From an uncultured delta proteobacterium (GTDB lineage: Bacteria > Myxococcota_A > Polyangia > Polyangiales > Polyangiaceae), in NCBI GenBank assembly GCA_963850305.1, contig CAWKKR010000007.1, positions 672,001-736,000 on the forward strand: 64,000 nucleotides of DNA, given 5' to 3'. The position numbers and the translations under genes were made by a program. The notes below the pieces were generated by a model. That model ran no database searches. It saw only the letters and a list, made by a program, of their open reading frames with translations, and was not told the DNA's origin. Positions 38,105-49,783 of the stretch are shown one piece after another. The number at the start of each line of letters is the position of its first letter. Within the stretch, counting starts at the first letter, position 1.

Positions 38105-38272
38105 GGAGAGCGCTCGGTTGCGTTCGGCGCCGGCCGCGCAGGGCGCCCCCTAGACCGCTGATCTCACAGCCAACCACATACCCCTACCTTGTAACGTTTG
38201 GGTCTGATGAAGATGGCTCAATTGAGCGCCGGCCTAGGGGCCGGAGATGCGCTAGGGTGTCAGCCGGCGCCC

Positions 38273-40907
38273 ATGAAGCATATCGTTCTCGGAGCTCTCG
38301 CCCTGGTGGCTTTGGTTGGCTGCGCGACGGGGGAGAGTGTTGGGTCGACGTCCTCGTTCGATGCAGGATTCGGGACGGGCGGATCGGGTTTCGGCAGCGG
38401 CGGTGCGACGGGTTCGGGCGGAGCGGGTGCGGGCGGCTTCCAGGTCGCCGGGACCGGTGGTGCGACGGGTGGAGCGACCGGCACCGGTGGGGCGTTCGGC
38501 GCGGGCGGTTCCGGCGGTGCCGAGACGGACGGTGGCGTGGTTCCCGACGGGGGCTCGGCTGGCGGCGCATCCGCGGGGGGCGGAAGCGGCACCGGTGGCG
38601 CCGGCACGTGCACGGACCCGACGCAGAAATCTTGCAACGGAAGCTGCGCGGCGCCGAGTCCTGCGATCGGATGCGATCTCACGAATTGCACGCCGTGTCC
38701 CGGGACGAGCAATGGATATCCGCTGTGCAACGGGACGACGTGCGATTTTGCGTGTAACCCGAACTACACGCTGACGAACGGCGCCTGCGCAGCACCGACC
38801 GGCACGGGCAACTGCACGGACGGAACGAAGGACGGCGCCGAGACGGACGTCGATTGCGGCGGCGGCACGTGCCCTGCGTGCGGCGACGGCAAGATATGCA
38901 CGACCGGTACCGATTGCGGCAGCGACGTCTGCAAGAAGGGGACCGGTTTTAATGCCAAGTCCACGTGTCAGACCGCGTCGTGTTCCGACGGTGTCAAGAA
39001 CGGCGCTGAGACGGACGTCGACTGCGGTGGCAACTGCGGTGCGACGTGCGCTCCGGGCAAGGCCTGCGGCGGCAACGCGGACTGCTCCAAGGGCCCGTGC
39101 ACGGCGGGCGTGTGCGGCTGCACGCCGTACACGTGCGACAGCCCGGCCATCGGCGGCAAGTGCGGCAACTTCAGCGACAATTGCACGAGCACCATCACGT
39201 GCGGCTGCATCAATTCGGGCGACGTGTGCACGACCGCGGGCGCCTGTTGCACGCCGATCACGACGTGCGGGGCGACCCAGTGCGGGACGCTCCCCGACGG
39301 GTGCGGCGGCACTCCCCTGACTTGCCCCGTCACGTGTCAGTCCCCGAACACCTGCGGCGGAGCAGGCGTCGCGAACCAGTGCGGTTGGTCCTGCGCTGAC
39401 GGCGCGAAGGACAATGCCGAGACGGACGTCGACTGCGGCGGCGGCACGTGTCCGACCTGTGCCGACGGAAAGGCTTGCGGAGCCGGGACCGATTGCGTGA
39501 GCAGCGTCTGCACGAACAAGGTGTGCCAGCCGAGTTGCTCGGACGGCGTCAAGAATGGCAACGAGACGGACGTCGATTGCGGCGGCGGAACTTGCGCCGC
39601 GTGCGCGAACGGGAAGGCGTGCAGCGTCGACTCGGATTGTACCGTGTCGAACTGTCTTCGAGACGTGTGCACCGCCCCTGTCTGCACGACCAACGGCACA
39701 AAGGACGGGACCGAGACCGGCGTCGATTGCGGGGGCGGCTGCGCCAAGTGCCCCGTCGGACAATCTTGCTCGGAAGCGACGGACTGCCAGACGGCGGATT
39801 GCACGGGGAGTTCCTGCGCCTGTCCCAGCTACGAGAATCCCTCCTTCGGTGAACGTGGACGCCACGCAGTGGAATTATTTCGATTCCCCTACGTGGAACT
39901 GCAATGCCGCGGGCACGACGACGATCGACTCGAACGCGGGAACCGTCACGAGCACGAGTTGCGCTCTCGGGACGCTGGACGTCACGAACGGCGTCTCGCA
40001 GACGACGGGTGGCTCGACGGTGATGGTCGTCCGGCTCCAGGGACTCACAGTGACGAACGGGCATCTGATTCAGCTGAAGGGCGATAAGCCCATCGTCTTC
40101 CTCGTGGCAGGTAACGTCGTGATCGACACGGGGGGGATGATCGATGCGAGCGCGAACGGAGCGACTGCTGGCCCCGGTGGCAGCATCGCCACGCAGTGCA
40201 CGGGGTCCACGGGCGGGAGCGCTTCATCGAAGAGCATCGGCGGCGGCGGCGGCGGCTTCGGCACGGCAGGTGGATACGGCGCGAAGGTCGACGGTTCGAG
40301 CGGTAGCGCTGGGGGAGCCGTGAGTGCGATAACCAACCTTCAACCGCTACGCGGCGGATGCTCCGGCGGAGCCGGCGGAGGATCGGATGCTGGCGCCGGC
40401 GGCGGCGCGTTCGAGATCAGCGCGTCCGGGACGATCACCATCGGGCATTCGGGCGACACGGCGACGACGACCGGGACGCTGAGTGCGGCAGGCGGTTACT
40501 CCCTCGGCGCGACCGGGACGAACTCCGGCAGCGGCGGAGCAGGGAGCGGCGGCGGAATACTTCTCGTGTCGCCGGCTACGACGGCTTTCGGCACGAGCGG
40601 CGCGGTACGCGTCCACGGCGGCGGCTCGGGTTCTGGCCGGGGCATCAACAGCAACGGCAAGAACGGCACGAACGGCCACACCGCGGACAATACCGCGGCC
40701 GCCGGGGGCGCAGCCCCGGACATCAACGGCGCCGCGGGCGTCAAGGGCGGGCTCTGCGCGGGCAATGGTTGCTCGGTCGCCTCCGCGGTGGGCGCGAACG
40801 GCACGCATGCAGCAGCCGGCCCGAACCTCGACGGCTCTGGCGGCGGTGGCGGCGGCGGCCGAGTTCAGACGATCACCGCAGCGGCCACCCCACTCGTTTG
40901 CAATTGA
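38273..40907 (+). pseudogene. Cys-rich repeat lipoprotein with Gly-rich C-terminal domain, split by a +1 frameshift near 39821-39845; paralog of 17466-20492
   Basis: Frame 2 encodes lipobox LVGC and 5 ETxVDCGG repeats up to about 39840. The C-terminal domain (PPSVNV..WNCNAAGTTTIDS) continues in frame 3 to 40907. It may be a real lesion, a recoding site or a sequencing error. Confidence 0.75.
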
Positions 40908-40961
40908 GCACGCGCGGGGCCAGCGCTCCCTGACGGAACCCAGGTCCGGAGAGCGCCCCCT

Positions 40962-41798
40962 TCAGCAGCCCTGGTGCGTGAAGTTGCAGGACTTGGTGCT
41001 GATGGAGGTGAAGCGGTTGCCCGCGCCAGTGCAGGTCTCCTCGCAACTGCTCGCCCCGCAAATGAACGTTGCTTCGAGACATGCATCCGCGCCCGTACAG
41101 GCGAGGCTACACGGTCCGCTTCCGCAAGCCAGAGTGGCGTACTCGCAGGCTCCCACGCCCGAGCAGGTGATGTCGCAAGCCCAGCCCTTCGGACAGAGGA
41201 TCGTGCCGGCGACGCAGCTGCCCGCACCGATGCAATCGATGTCACAGATCCCACCATCGCAGCGGCTGCACCCTGCCGGACACTTCCCGGCGGGCGCTGT
41301 GTAGGCTCCGCACGCGGGTGCGCCTCCTGCTCCGCCGTCGGTTCCGCTCGCGCCGCCGGTTCCGCTCGCGCCGCCGGTTCCGCTCACGCCGCCGGTTCCG
41401 CTCGCGCCGCCAGTTCCGCTCGCGCCGCCGGTTCCGCTCGCGCCGCCGGTTCCGCTCACGCCGCCACCCCCGTCGAGGGTGCCCCCGTCCGCTGCAGCGT
41501 CGCCGCCAGTTGCGCCGCTATCTACGTCAGCGCCGCCGTTGCCGGCTGACCCACCGCCACTGAACGCGCCCCCGTTGCCGAATGCTCCACCGGTCCCGAA
41601 CATGCCGCCGGACGAGGCGCCAGCGCCGCCGGATCCCGATCCGATGCCGCCTGTCGACGTCGCTCCCCCGGCGGTCGGCGCGCCGGCGGTTCCGCTCGCG
41701 CCTCCATCGTTTGCCCCGAAGAGGTCGGTGGCCGTGCCGCCGCCGCAGCCGACCATGAGCATCGTCGAGAGTGCCGGTGCCAGGAAATGAAGGCGCAC
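40962..41798 (-). CDS. Gly-rich lipoprotein with C-terminal short Cys repeats
   Basis: Lipobox LMVGC; 18-bp GG(A/V)SGT repeats; CxxxCxGxGxC repeats. Start estimated (GTG). Confidence 0.7.
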   Translation of the reverse strand: MRLHFLAPALSTMLMVGCGGGTATDLFGANDGGASGTAGAPTAGGATSTGGIGSGSGGAGASSGGMFGTGGAFGNGGAFSGGGSAGNGGADVDSGATGGDAAADGGTLDGGGGVSGTGGASGTGGASGTGGASGTGGVSGTGGASGTGGASGTDGGAGGAPACGAYTAPAGKCPAGCSRCDGGICDIDCIGAGSCVAGTILCPKGWACDITCSGVGACEYATLACGSGPCSLACTGADACLEATFICGASSCEETCTGAGNRFTSISTKSCNFTHQGC

Positions 41799-41987
41799 CG
41801 AACGAGAATACGCTCCGCGTCGGGATTCCGCCCGGGTGATCGACGTCGTTCGAGCCACCCCCCACCTTTCATCAGTCTTCCCCCGATGGACGCCAACTCG
41901 GGACGGATGAGAGTATTCGATCATCCAGGCGCAATAACGCCGCGCCGGTCGTCGCCATCGAGCGTCACACCTCGCCTCACCTGGATC

Positions 41988-43904
41988 TCAGATGTGGGTG
42001 GGCTCCGCGGGCTCCGGTGCGGACCGCGGAAAAGCGCCGGCGGTGGTCCCCCCGAGCAACTTCACGATCTCCGCGCGCTCCACCGTTTCGTGGGCAAGCA
42101 GCGCGTCCACCAGCCGATCCAGTGCGGGCCTTCGACTCTCGATGAGCCCCGTCGCACGTTCGAGCGCGCGAGAGAGGACGGCGCGCGCTTCCGATTCGAT
42201 CGCGGACACGGTGACGTCGCTCGTGCCGCTCTCGGTGGCGACGCGTTGCCCGAGAAACGGATGCTCGCTCTCGTGCTCATAGTACACCGCACCGAGTTTT
42301 TTGCTCATGCCGAAGTTTGCGACCATCTTGGTGGCCAGACGGGTTGCCTCCTTTAGATCGTTTTCGGCGCCGCTCGAGACGTCTCCGAGACACACGCGCT
42401 CCGCCGCATAGCCCCCCATCAGCACGTCGAGCCTGGCATCGAGCTCCGGCTCCGTCATGAGGTGACGATCGGCGCCCGGCGTCTGCTGCGTCGCGCCGAG
42501 CGCCATACCCCGCGGGATGATCGAAACACGGTGCGGCGGCTCCGCGTGATCCGTGAAGTGCGCGACCACCGTGTGGCCGGACTCGTGCACGGCGACCCGC
42601 TGCTTTTCCTTCGGGTCGAGCTTCGCCTCCCGGGCGTCGCCGAGGACGATCTTGTCGTAGGCAGCGGAGAAGTCGTCCGATTCGATGGCGTCTCCGCCTC
42701 GCCGTGTGGCGCCGAGGGCGGCTTCGTTCACCAGATTCGCTAGATCGGCTCCCGAGAATCCGGGCGTGTTGCGGGCGATCGAATCGAGATCGACGTTGCT
42801 GGCCAGGGGCTTCATCTTGACGTGTACGCCGAGGATCGCCCGGCGCGCGTCGAGCTCCGGACGATCGACGATCACGCGACGGTCGAAGCGGCCGGGACGG
42901 AGCAGCGCCGGATCCAGCACGTCGGGGCGATTGGTCGCGGCCAGGACTATCGTGAGATCGTTCCGCGAGAAGCCGTCCATTTCCGACAGGAGCTGGTTCA
43001 GCGTCTGCTCCCGCTCGTCGTGGCCGCCGCCGAGACCGGCTCCGCGAGAGCGCCCGACCGCGTCGATCTCGTCGATGAAGATGATCGAGGGCGCGTTGTT
43101 CTTGGCTTCCCCGAACAGATCTCGAACACGCGCGGCTCCGACACCCACGAACATCTCGATGAACTCCGAGGCGCTGATGGAATAGAACGAAACTTGCGAC
43201 TCTCCCGCGACCGCGCGCGCAAGCAGGGTCTTTCCGGTTCCGGGTGGTCCGATGAGCAAGACGCCCCGGGGCACCCGCCCTCCGAGACGCATGAACCGGG
43301 CGGGTTCCCGCAGGAAATCGACGACTTCTTCGAGGTCTCTCTTCGCGGCCTTCAAACCGGCGACGTCGTTGAACGTGACCTTGACGTTCGCGGTGCGCTC
43401 GAACCGGTGGCTACGCCCTTTGAGGAATCCCCCGAACGGACCGCCAGCGGACATGGCCGTCTGCGCGCGCCTCGAGAGCCAGACCCACACGCCGATGATG
43501 AGCACCCACGGCAAGAACGAAACGACGAGGTTTTGAAGAACGGGCTCCTGATCGGCGGTGACGTCGATGTCGGCGTGCTTGTCGTGCAAGAGCGGGAGCA
43601 GCGTGTCGTCGCGCTGCGGCAAGGTCGTTCGGAATCGAGCGATCTTGTGGCCGGAGATTTCTTCGCTGGCCTTGAGCTCGACCAGGGCTTCCCGGCTTTG
43701 AAGGACGACGCTCTTCACCTTGCCGTTCTGAATGAGCTCGTAAAACTGTGAGTACGAGACCTCCGGCGCCTCTTCTTTCGGAAGGAGAGTGTGTACGAGC
43801 GAGAAGACGAGCAGCATTCCCCCCAGCAAGACCAGCCAGAGCATGCGAACGGGCGTAGGTCCGCCGGGAGGGGTTGGTGCGGGCGGCGGGCCGACGTCTG
43901 GCAT
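41988..43904 (-). CDS. ftsH: ATP-dependent zinc metalloprotease FtsH
   Basis: Two TM segments, [35 protein letters not shown] and HESGH. Confidence 0.95.
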   Translation of the reverse strand: MPDVGPPPAPTPPGGPTPVRMLWLVLLGGMLLVFSLVHTLLPKEEAPEVSYSQFYELIQNGKVKSVVLQSREALVELKASEEISGHKIARFRTTLPQRDDTLLPLLHDKHADIDVTADQEPVLQNLVVSFLPWVLIIGVWVWLSRRAQTAMSAGGPFGGFLKGRSHRFERTANVKVTFNDVAGLKAAKRDLEEVVDFLREPARFMRLGGRVPRGVLLIGPPGTGKTLLARAVAGESQVSFYSISASEFIEMFVGVGAARVRDLFGEAKNNAPSIIFIDEIDAVGRSRGAGLGGGHDEREQTLNQLLSEMDGFSRNDLTIVLAATNRPDVLDPALLRPGRFDRRVIVDRPELDARRAILGVHVKMKPLASNVDLDSIARNTPGFSGADLANLVNEAALGATRRGGDAIESDDFSAAYDKIVLGDAREAKLDPKEKQRVAVHESGHTVVAHFTDHAEPPHRVSIIPRGMALGATQQTPGADRHLMTEPELDARLDVLMGGYAAERVCLGDVSSGAENDLKEATRLATKMVANFGMSKKLGAVYYEHESEHPFLGQRVATESGTSDVTVSAIESEARAVLSRALERATGLIESRRPALDRLVDALLAHETVERAEIVKLLGGTTAGAFPRSAPEPAEPTHI

Positions 43905-44013
43905 TGCGCGGGATGGTGTAATGGCTCGCGAGACGCGCGTCGAGGCCGGCCGTCACGTTCTCTCGTGTTTCCGTGCGTGCCCTCGACGGGCGCGACCGGG
44001 CTAGACTCGAGAT

Positions 44014-45525
44014 GTGACTGCTCCAGTCGTCATCGTGGGTGCCGGATCGAGCGGGTGCGTCCTCGCACGTCGGCTCTCCGAAGAAAACCGACGTGAAGTG
44101 CTCTTGCTCGAGGCCGGTCCGGATTATCTCCCGGAAGAGCTTCCAGCGGACCTTCGAGACGGGACCCGGAACTCGATGTCGGTCCACGATTGGTCTTATC
44201 GAAACAAGCCGAGCACCAGGGCTGTTCTGTCGCCCCTGCCGCGCGGACGCGTGGTGGGCGGGTCGTCCGCCGTGAACACGTGCATCGCGCTCCGCGGACA
44301 GCCGGAGGACTACGACGAGTGGGCGGCGCTCGGGCTTCCGGCGTGGAGTTTCGACCGTTGCTTGCCCGCGTTCAAGAGGCTCGAGTGCGACCTGGACTTC
44401 TCCGACGCCTATCACGGCAAAGACGGTCCCATGCCGGTGCGGCGTCACCCGCGCGACGAGCTGGCGCCTTTTCACGCCGCGTTCATGGACGCGTGCGCCG
44501 AGCTCGGGTTCCCGCCTTGCCCCGACAGCAACGCTCCTCTAGCCGCGGGATTCGGTCCGCACGCGATGAACAAGATCGGGGGGCGACGGATCAGCGCCGC
44601 CGAAGGCTATCTGACCGCCGAGGTCCGCGCGCGCCGCAATCTGCGAATCCGTGCCGAGACGCTCGTCCGTCGGATCCTTTTTGCCGGCAAACGAGCGACT
44701 GCCGTCGAAGTGGAAAGTCGATCGGGCGTGGCTCGAATCGAGGCGGGGCATGTCGTTCTATGCGCGGGGGCGATCAACACGCCCGGCATTCTACTTCGGT
44801 CCGGCGTGGGCCCGGATCGCGAGGTGCGGCGTTTGATGTGCGCCCCGGTGCTCGACGCGCCGGCCGTCGGTCACCGGCTGCTCGATCACCCCGGAACGGG
44901 GATCTTCGTCCTCGCCCGTCGCGGCGTGCGCGTCGATCGCACACAGCCGATCATCCAGGTGGCCCATCGGTATTCGTCGGAGCTGTGTAACAACGGCGCG
45001 GACGTCATGATTCAGTCCATAGCGTTCACGATGATTCTCGAGAGGCTTCCGCTCTTCGGGCTCGTGGTCCAGGTCGGCAAGCCGCGTGGTTCGGGCCTGC
45101 TGCGTTATCCCGATGCGAAGACGAACAGTCGCCCATTCATCGATTCGCACTTCTTCGAGGACGCGCAGGACCGTCGCATCGCGCGCGCCGCGCTCGCCCG
45201 GTGTCTGGACCTTCTCGAGACCCGCCCTCTGTCCGCGATGGGACGTCCGGTGTTGCCGTGGACGCGGGTCCTGCGGAGCCCACGGGTTCTCGAGCGATTC
45301 ATTCCCTTTCTCTGCGACTCCGGCTACCACCCGTGCGGGACCGTGCCGATGGGGAGCCGCCCGGGTGACTCGGCGGCCGTCGACGAGCGCGGGCGCGTAT
45401 TCGGGCTCGAGGGGCTCAGCGTATGCGATGCGAGCGTCATGCCCACCATCCCATCGAGCAACATCCACTTCCCGACGCTCATGGTGGCCGAGCGCATGGC
45501 GGAATGGCTCGAGGAAGAAGCGTGA
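44014..45525 (+). CDS. GMC family flavoprotein oxidoreductase
   Basis: IVGAGSSG, RGRVVGGSSAVN, YHPCGT and DASVMPTIPSSNI. Confidence 0.92.
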   Translation: MTAPVVIVGAGSSGCVLARRLSEENRREVLLLEAGPDYLPEELPADLRDGTRNSMSVHDWSYRNKPSTRAVLSPLPRGRVVGGSSAVNTCIALRGQPEDYDEWAALGLPAWSFDRCLPAFKRLECDLDFSDAYHGKDGPMPVRRHPRDELAPFHAAFMDACAELGFPPCPDSNAPLAAGFGPHAMNKIGGRRISAAEGYLTAEVRARRNLRIRAETLVRRILFAGKRATAVEVESRSGVARIEAGHVVLCAGAINTPGILLRSGVGPDREVRRLMCAPVLDAPAVGHRLLDHPGTGIFVLARRGVRVDRTQPIIQVAHRYSSELCNNGADVMIQSIAFTMILERLPLFGLVVQVGKPRGSGLLRYPDAKTNSRPFIDSHFFEDAQDRRIARAALARCLDLLETRPLSAMGRPVLPWTRVLRSPRVLERFIPFLCDSGYHPCGTVPMGSRPGDSAAVDERGRVFGLEGLSVCDASVMPTIPSSNIHFPTLMVAERMAEWLEEEA

Positions 45526-45539
45526 TCACCTCGCCGCGG

Positions 45540-46124
45540 TCAGATGACGCCGGTGACGAGCAGTAGCCCGATCCCCGCGAACACGACGGCGGCGATGCGG
45601 GTCATGCGCTCCGGATCCAGAAGCCGGGCGGCGCGATTTCCGACGAGCACCGCGACCGCGAGCGCTCCCCACAGGCCGAGCGTCGCCCCGGTGAAGACCG
45701 CCAGTGGAGCGCGATATCTCGCCGCGAGCGCTGCCGTGCCGAGCTGAGTGAGATCGCCCCATTCGGCGATGAACACGATCAGGAACACGCCACCGACGGT
45801 CCTGGCGAACGACATCTCTCCACTCGGAGTCTTCTCGGCGCCTTCATCGGCTTTTTCCTTGCGAACCCACATCACCACGGCCGACACCACGAACAGCAGG
45901 CCGGCGCCGATGTGCACCGGGCGCTCCGGCAGGAGTGACAGCAAACTTCCGGCGGCGACCGCGATGACGCTCTGAACGGCAAGGGCCAGCGCGGCGCCGA
46001 TGAAGACGGGCAACGCACTGAATCGTGTCGCGAGCACCAGCGCCGTCAACGACGTCTTGTCGGGGAGCTCGGCGAGGAAGATGATGCCGAAGACGGACAG
46101 GACCAGGTTGAAGGTCGCGGTCAA
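45540..46124 (-). CDS. TMEM165/GDT1 (UPF0016) family cation transporter
   Basis: Duplicated signature ELPDKT / EWGDLTQ; six TM segments. Confidence 0.88.
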   Translation of the reverse strand: MTATFNLVLSVFGIIFLAELPDKTSLTALVLATRFSALPVFIGAALALAVQSVIAVAAGSLLSLLPERPVHIGAGLLFVVSAVVMWVRKEKADEGAEKTPSGEMSFARTVGGVFLIVFIAEWGDLTQLGTAALAARYRAPLAVFTGATLGLWGALAVAVLVGNRAARLLDPERMTRIAAVVFAGIGLLLVTGVI

Positions 46125-46158
46125 AGCGTCCGTTTCTTACACGCGATCTCCGTGGGCG

Positions 46159-47013
46159 CTAAAATCTATACGCGAACTCGGCGCCTTGAGGCAGCGCTTG
46201 CGCTCGGACGCTTTCGAATCCGCCGAGAGCCGCGACCCGCAACGGGAGCACGGTCAGGTGCGCTTCGTCGCGCTGAAATCCGAGAACGGTGCCGACGATC
46301 GCCGAACCGAGCAATACCGCGACGCCGGTGCCGAAGAGCGGTTCGTGCACATCGTCCTGGTAGTAGCAAACGTCCGCGCCGCACACGTACTGGTGATTGA
46401 CGGCGGAGGCCATCATCACGACCCCGGTGATCAGGCCGCCGACGCCGACGAGCAAGCCGGCGAGCCGCAGTCCGCTGCGATCTTCGAAGGTGCCGTGTAG
46501 CTCGGACGGGCCCTGGATGAGTACGGGCGACGAGAGGGGGACGACGCGGCCGTGCCGTTCGAGCGCAAAGTCGTACGCGCCTGGAGCAAAGCGCGCGGCG
46601 CAATGTCCCCTGCAGATCGGCTGGTAACTCCGCGCGAGACCGCGGTGATAGTACCAGCCCCATTGATAACCATAATAGGCCGAGCGCTCGTAAGGCACGA
46701 CACCGTTTTCCATCAGGAGCGACACCTCCGGGTCCGCGCTGAACCGAACTTCCGAGGCTTCCTCGGGCTCCGGTGCGCGCGGCGCGTAGCGAGGCGGCGG
46801 AGCCTCCGGAGGCGGTGTCGCCTCGGGAGGTGGCGTCGCCTCGGGAGGTGGCGTCGCCTCGGGAGGTGGCGCTGCTCCGGCAGGCGCGGCCCCGGGACGT
46901 GGCTCGGCGTCGGCGGGCGCCGCCGGCGGTGACGCGGACTCTGCGCGCCCGATGCTGGCGGCAAACGCGACGATCGAAACGATGGATACGAAGCGGGATT
47001 TGTTGCCGATCAT
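46159..47013 (-). CDS. Hypothetical secreted or membrane protein with Pro-rich linker
   Basis: Signal-like N terminus MIGNKSRFVSIVSIVAFAA, PPPEAT repeats and two C-terminal hydrophobic segments. Confidence 0.65.
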   Translation of the reverse strand: MIGNKSRFVSIVSIVAFAASIGRAESASPPAAPADAEPRPGAAPAGAAPPPEATPPPEATPPPEATPPPEAPPPRYAPRAPEPEEASEVRFSADPEVSLLMENGVVPYERSAYYGYQWGWYYHRGLARSYQPICRGHCAARFAPGAYDFALERHGRVVPLSSPVLIQGPSELHGTFEDRSGLRLAGLLVGVGGLITGVVMMASAVNHQYVCGADVCYYQDDVHEPLFGTGVAVLLGSAIVGTVLGFQRDEAHLTVLPLRVAALGGFESVRAQALPQGAEFAYRF

Positions 47014-47091
47014 GCGTGGGACCTTGCTTGGCGAGGAGCCTCTAGCCTTCCACGAAAGGGCCTCCTTGTGTATTCCTAGTCGCCCGCTCGG

Positions 47092-48117
47092 ATGAAGACC
47101 TTTTTCACCGCGGACGAGCCGGTCGTCCCAGGCCACCATCCGCGCGTGCTCGTCGACACGGCCGTGGCCCAAGGGGCCGATAGCCGTGGGATTCTCGACG
47201 GCCTCGGGATTTCTTACGACGGGCTGGTCGATCCGGACTGTCGCGTCTCGTACGCCCAGTATGTCAAGATTGCCGAACGCGCGATCGCCCTGACCGGAAA
47301 CCCGGCAATCGGGATCGACTTCGGCAAACAGGCGCACGTCGCCCATTGGGGGGTGCTCGGGCTCGCGGCGATGAACGCCGCCACTGCCGGCGAGGCGCTG
47401 CGAATGAGCCTTCAGTACTACCGGACGTTCGCGCCCGGCTGGGATCTGTCCGTGCGCGTCGAGGGCGCCGTCGGCCATTTCGTCGCTCGCGAGACGATTT
47501 CACGCGGGGCGTTCCTGACGTTCGCAACGGAAGCGCTGCTCGCGACGATGTGGCGCCTCGCGACCGACGTCCTGAGAAAGCCGCTGCCCGTCCGGGAGCT
47601 CCGGCTCGGCTACCCGAGGCCGGCGCATGCGCATCGTTATTCCGAGTTCACGCTGGGGACAGTCGTCTTCGACTGCGACGCGACCGAGGCACTCTTCGAC
47701 GCGGCCGTGCTCGACGAGCCCATCGTGGGAGCGAGTCCGGCCATGGCGGTGGTCGCAGAGCGGTACTGCGCAGAGGAGGCGGCGCGCGTCGTCGTGACGG
47801 ACGGGCTGCTGGCGCAGGTCCGGAAGGCGATCGACGGGCACCCGGAGCCGCGGCCGCGCATCGACGCCATTGCACGCGAGTTGCGGACGAGCGGACGCTC
47901 TCTCCGGCGCGGTCTTCGGCAAATGGGAAGCACGTACCAGGCTTTGCTGGATGCATCCACGCGCGTGCGGGCCGAGGCCGAGCTTCGCAGGAGCGGCTCC
48001 AAGATAGAAGCGATAGCGCTTCAGATCGGGTTTGCCGACGTACGGAGCTTTCGTCGCGCCTTCAAGCGATGGACTGGCGTGAGTCCGCGGGAATTTCGCC
48101 GCCGGACGCGTCGTTGA
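47092..48117 (+). CDS. AraC family transcriptional regulator (OruR-like)
   Basis: N-terminal ligand-binding domain; SGRSLRRGL and IALQIGFADVRSFRRAFKRWTGVSP. Confidence 0.92.
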   Translation: MKTFFTADEPVVPGHHPRVLVDTAVAQGADSRGILDGLGISYDGLVDPDCRVSYAQYVKIAERAIALTGNPAIGIDFGKQAHVAHWGVLGLAAMNAATAGEALRMSLQYYRTFAPGWDLSVRVEGAVGHFVARETISRGAFLTFATEALLATMWRLATDVLRKPLPVRELRLGYPRPAHAHRYSEFTLGTVVFDCDATEALFDAAVLDEPIVGASPAMAVVAERYCAEEAARVVVTDGLLAQVRKAIDGHPEPRPRIDAIARELRTSGRSLRRGLRQMGSTYQALLDASTRVRAEAELRRSGSKIEAIALQIGFADVRSFRRAFKRWTGVSPREFRRRTRR

Positions 48118-48193
48118 GCGATCGCCCCCTGGGCCTGCGCAGGCCGCGCTTTCACCATTCCGACGATTGCGCTAGGACTGCCGCGGAGGTTAC

Positions 48194-48820
48194 ATGATTT
48201 CAGCGCGCGAAGGGCTCAAGCGATTGCAGGACGGCAATCACCGGTTCAAGGCGATGGTCGGCGCGGACGGTCTCCCGAAAAGCTCCCGGCGGATGGAGCT
48301 CACGAGCAGTCAGGAGCCATTTGCCATCGTGCTGGGCTGCTCCGACTCGCGCGTGCCGGCGGAGATCGTGTTCGACCAGGGGCTCGGAGATCTCTTCGTC
48401 ATTCGCGTGGCCGGGAACATCGTCGCGCCCTCGCAAGTCGGAAGCGTCGAGTTCGCTGCTGCGCGCTTCGGCACACGGCTGGTCGTCGTCCTCGGCCATT
48501 CTCAGTGCGGCGCGATCCTGGCGACACTGGAGGAGCTGCAGCGCCCCTCGGCGAATCAGTCGAGGAACCTTCGCTCGATCGTCGACCGCGTGCGGCCGTC
48601 GGTCGAAGGGCTGCTCGAGACCGAGCTTCGGCGCGACCTCTCGGCGGTCGTGAAGCATGCCGTGCGTCTCAACATCCGTTCGTCGGCGAGCCACCTCAGA
48701 CACGGTTCGCAGCTCCTCGAGCAGCTCATTCAAGACGATGGCCTCGTCGTGGTCGGAGCCGAATACTCGCTCGAAACGGGTGCCGTCGACTTCTTCGACG
48801 GAATGCCCGCGGAGGCGTGA
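48194..48820 (+). CDS. Beta-class carbonic anhydrase
   Basis: GCSDSRVP, RVAGN and GHSQCGA zinc ligands. Confidence 0.95.
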   Translation: MISAREGLKRLQDGNHRFKAMVGADGLPKSSRRMELTSSQEPFAIVLGCSDSRVPAEIVFDQGLGDLFVIRVAGNIVAPSQVGSVEFAAARFGTRLVVVLGHSQCGAILATLEELQRPSANQSRNLRSIVDRVRPSVEGLLETELRRDLSAVVKHAVRLNIRSSASHLRHGSQLLEQLIQDDGLVVVGAEYSLETGAVDFFDGMPAEA

Positions 48821-48863
48821 GCGCCGAGTCCAAGGCCCTCGCGTGGCGCGGCACCGTACGCGT

Positions 48864-49679
48864 TCAGCGCCCGGCGTCGGTCTCGGAGCCCGTGTAGAAA
48901 TAGTAATCCGCGGTGTACGGCACGGGGACGGTTTCGCCGACGTTATGCTCGTTGCAGTCCGCTGCGGCCGGGGCGACACCGCCAGTGGTATTGAGCCGTT
49001 GAACGTACGTGACCTCCGAGAGCAAGCCGACAGCGCCGTCCGCTTCCCTCGAAGGGGTTCCCTTGAGTAGCAACCAGGGGATGGTGCCGGTCTTCGCGAC
49101 GGCGGCGAGCTTGGCGCCCTGCACGAAACTGCCGTCGGCGAGCGACTTCCAGGTGGGCGCGCCGCCGAACGCGGTCTCGAAGTGATGGACCAAGGGGTGA
49201 CCACAGCTGTCGGCGAGTGTCGCGTCCGGCTCCGACGAAAAAGGGGACGTCCACGAGTACGTGAAGCCGCCATCGAAGTCGGCCGCCGCGGTCGACTGGC
49301 ATTCGTAGACTTGCGCGCCGATCGCATGGAAGACATGAATCAGAGTCACGCCCTCGGGTACGTCGACGCCGGTACCGGTCGGCGCGGTCAGCGACTCGTC
49401 GGGCACGCAACCCGCGTCGCTACCCGCGTCCGCGGTGCCGCCCGTGCTGGTCGCGCCGCCCGTGCTGGTCGCGCCGCCCGTGCTGGTCGCGCCGCCCGCT
49501 CCGCCCGAGTTGCTGTTCGAGCCGCCGCTGGACGCGCCGCCGCTCGCAGGCGCTTCTCCGCCGGTTCCGGCATCCGAGCCATCGTGGGAGCCCGACGAGG
49601 AGCTGCAGGCGGCGACGGAGAGGCCCAATGAAGTCACGAGTAGAAGTGTCGAGGTGATTGAAAAGCTTCTGTTGGTCAT
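48864..49679 (-). CDS. DUF3455 domain lipoprotein
   Basis: Lipobox VAAC; AIGAQVYEC, IPWLLLK, VTYVQRLNTTGGVAP and VPYTADYYFY. Confidence 0.82.
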   Translation of the reverse strand: MTNRSFSITSTLLLVTSLGLSVAACSSSSGSHDGSDAGTGGEAPASGGASSGGSNSNSGGAGGATSTGGATSTGGATSTGGTADAGSDAGCVPDESLTAPTGTGVDVPEGVTLIHVFHAIGAQVYECQSTAAADFDGGFTYSWTSPFSSEPDATLADSCGHPLVHHFETAFGGAPTWKSLADGSFVQGAKLAAVAKTGTIPWLLLKGTPSREADGAVGLLSEVTYVQRLNTTGGVAPAAADCNEHNVGETVPVPYTADYYFYTGSETDAGR

Positions 49680-49783
49680 GAAAGGTTCCCTCGCCGCGAC
49701 GGACGCACCCTTTGCGGCTGGCTTTGACGCTCGCTATCGCGCGTGCTGACGGGTTCTACGACCGGATCCGGTGGTCGTTTCGC

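Noticed and set aside
38200..38270. CTGATGA motif suggesting a hammerhead ribozyme or riboswitch
   Set aside because: No matching GAAA core or supporting stems found.
46125..46158. yybP-ykoY manganese riboswitch upstream of the GDT1 gene
   Set aside because: The gap is only 34 bp and no motif is visible.
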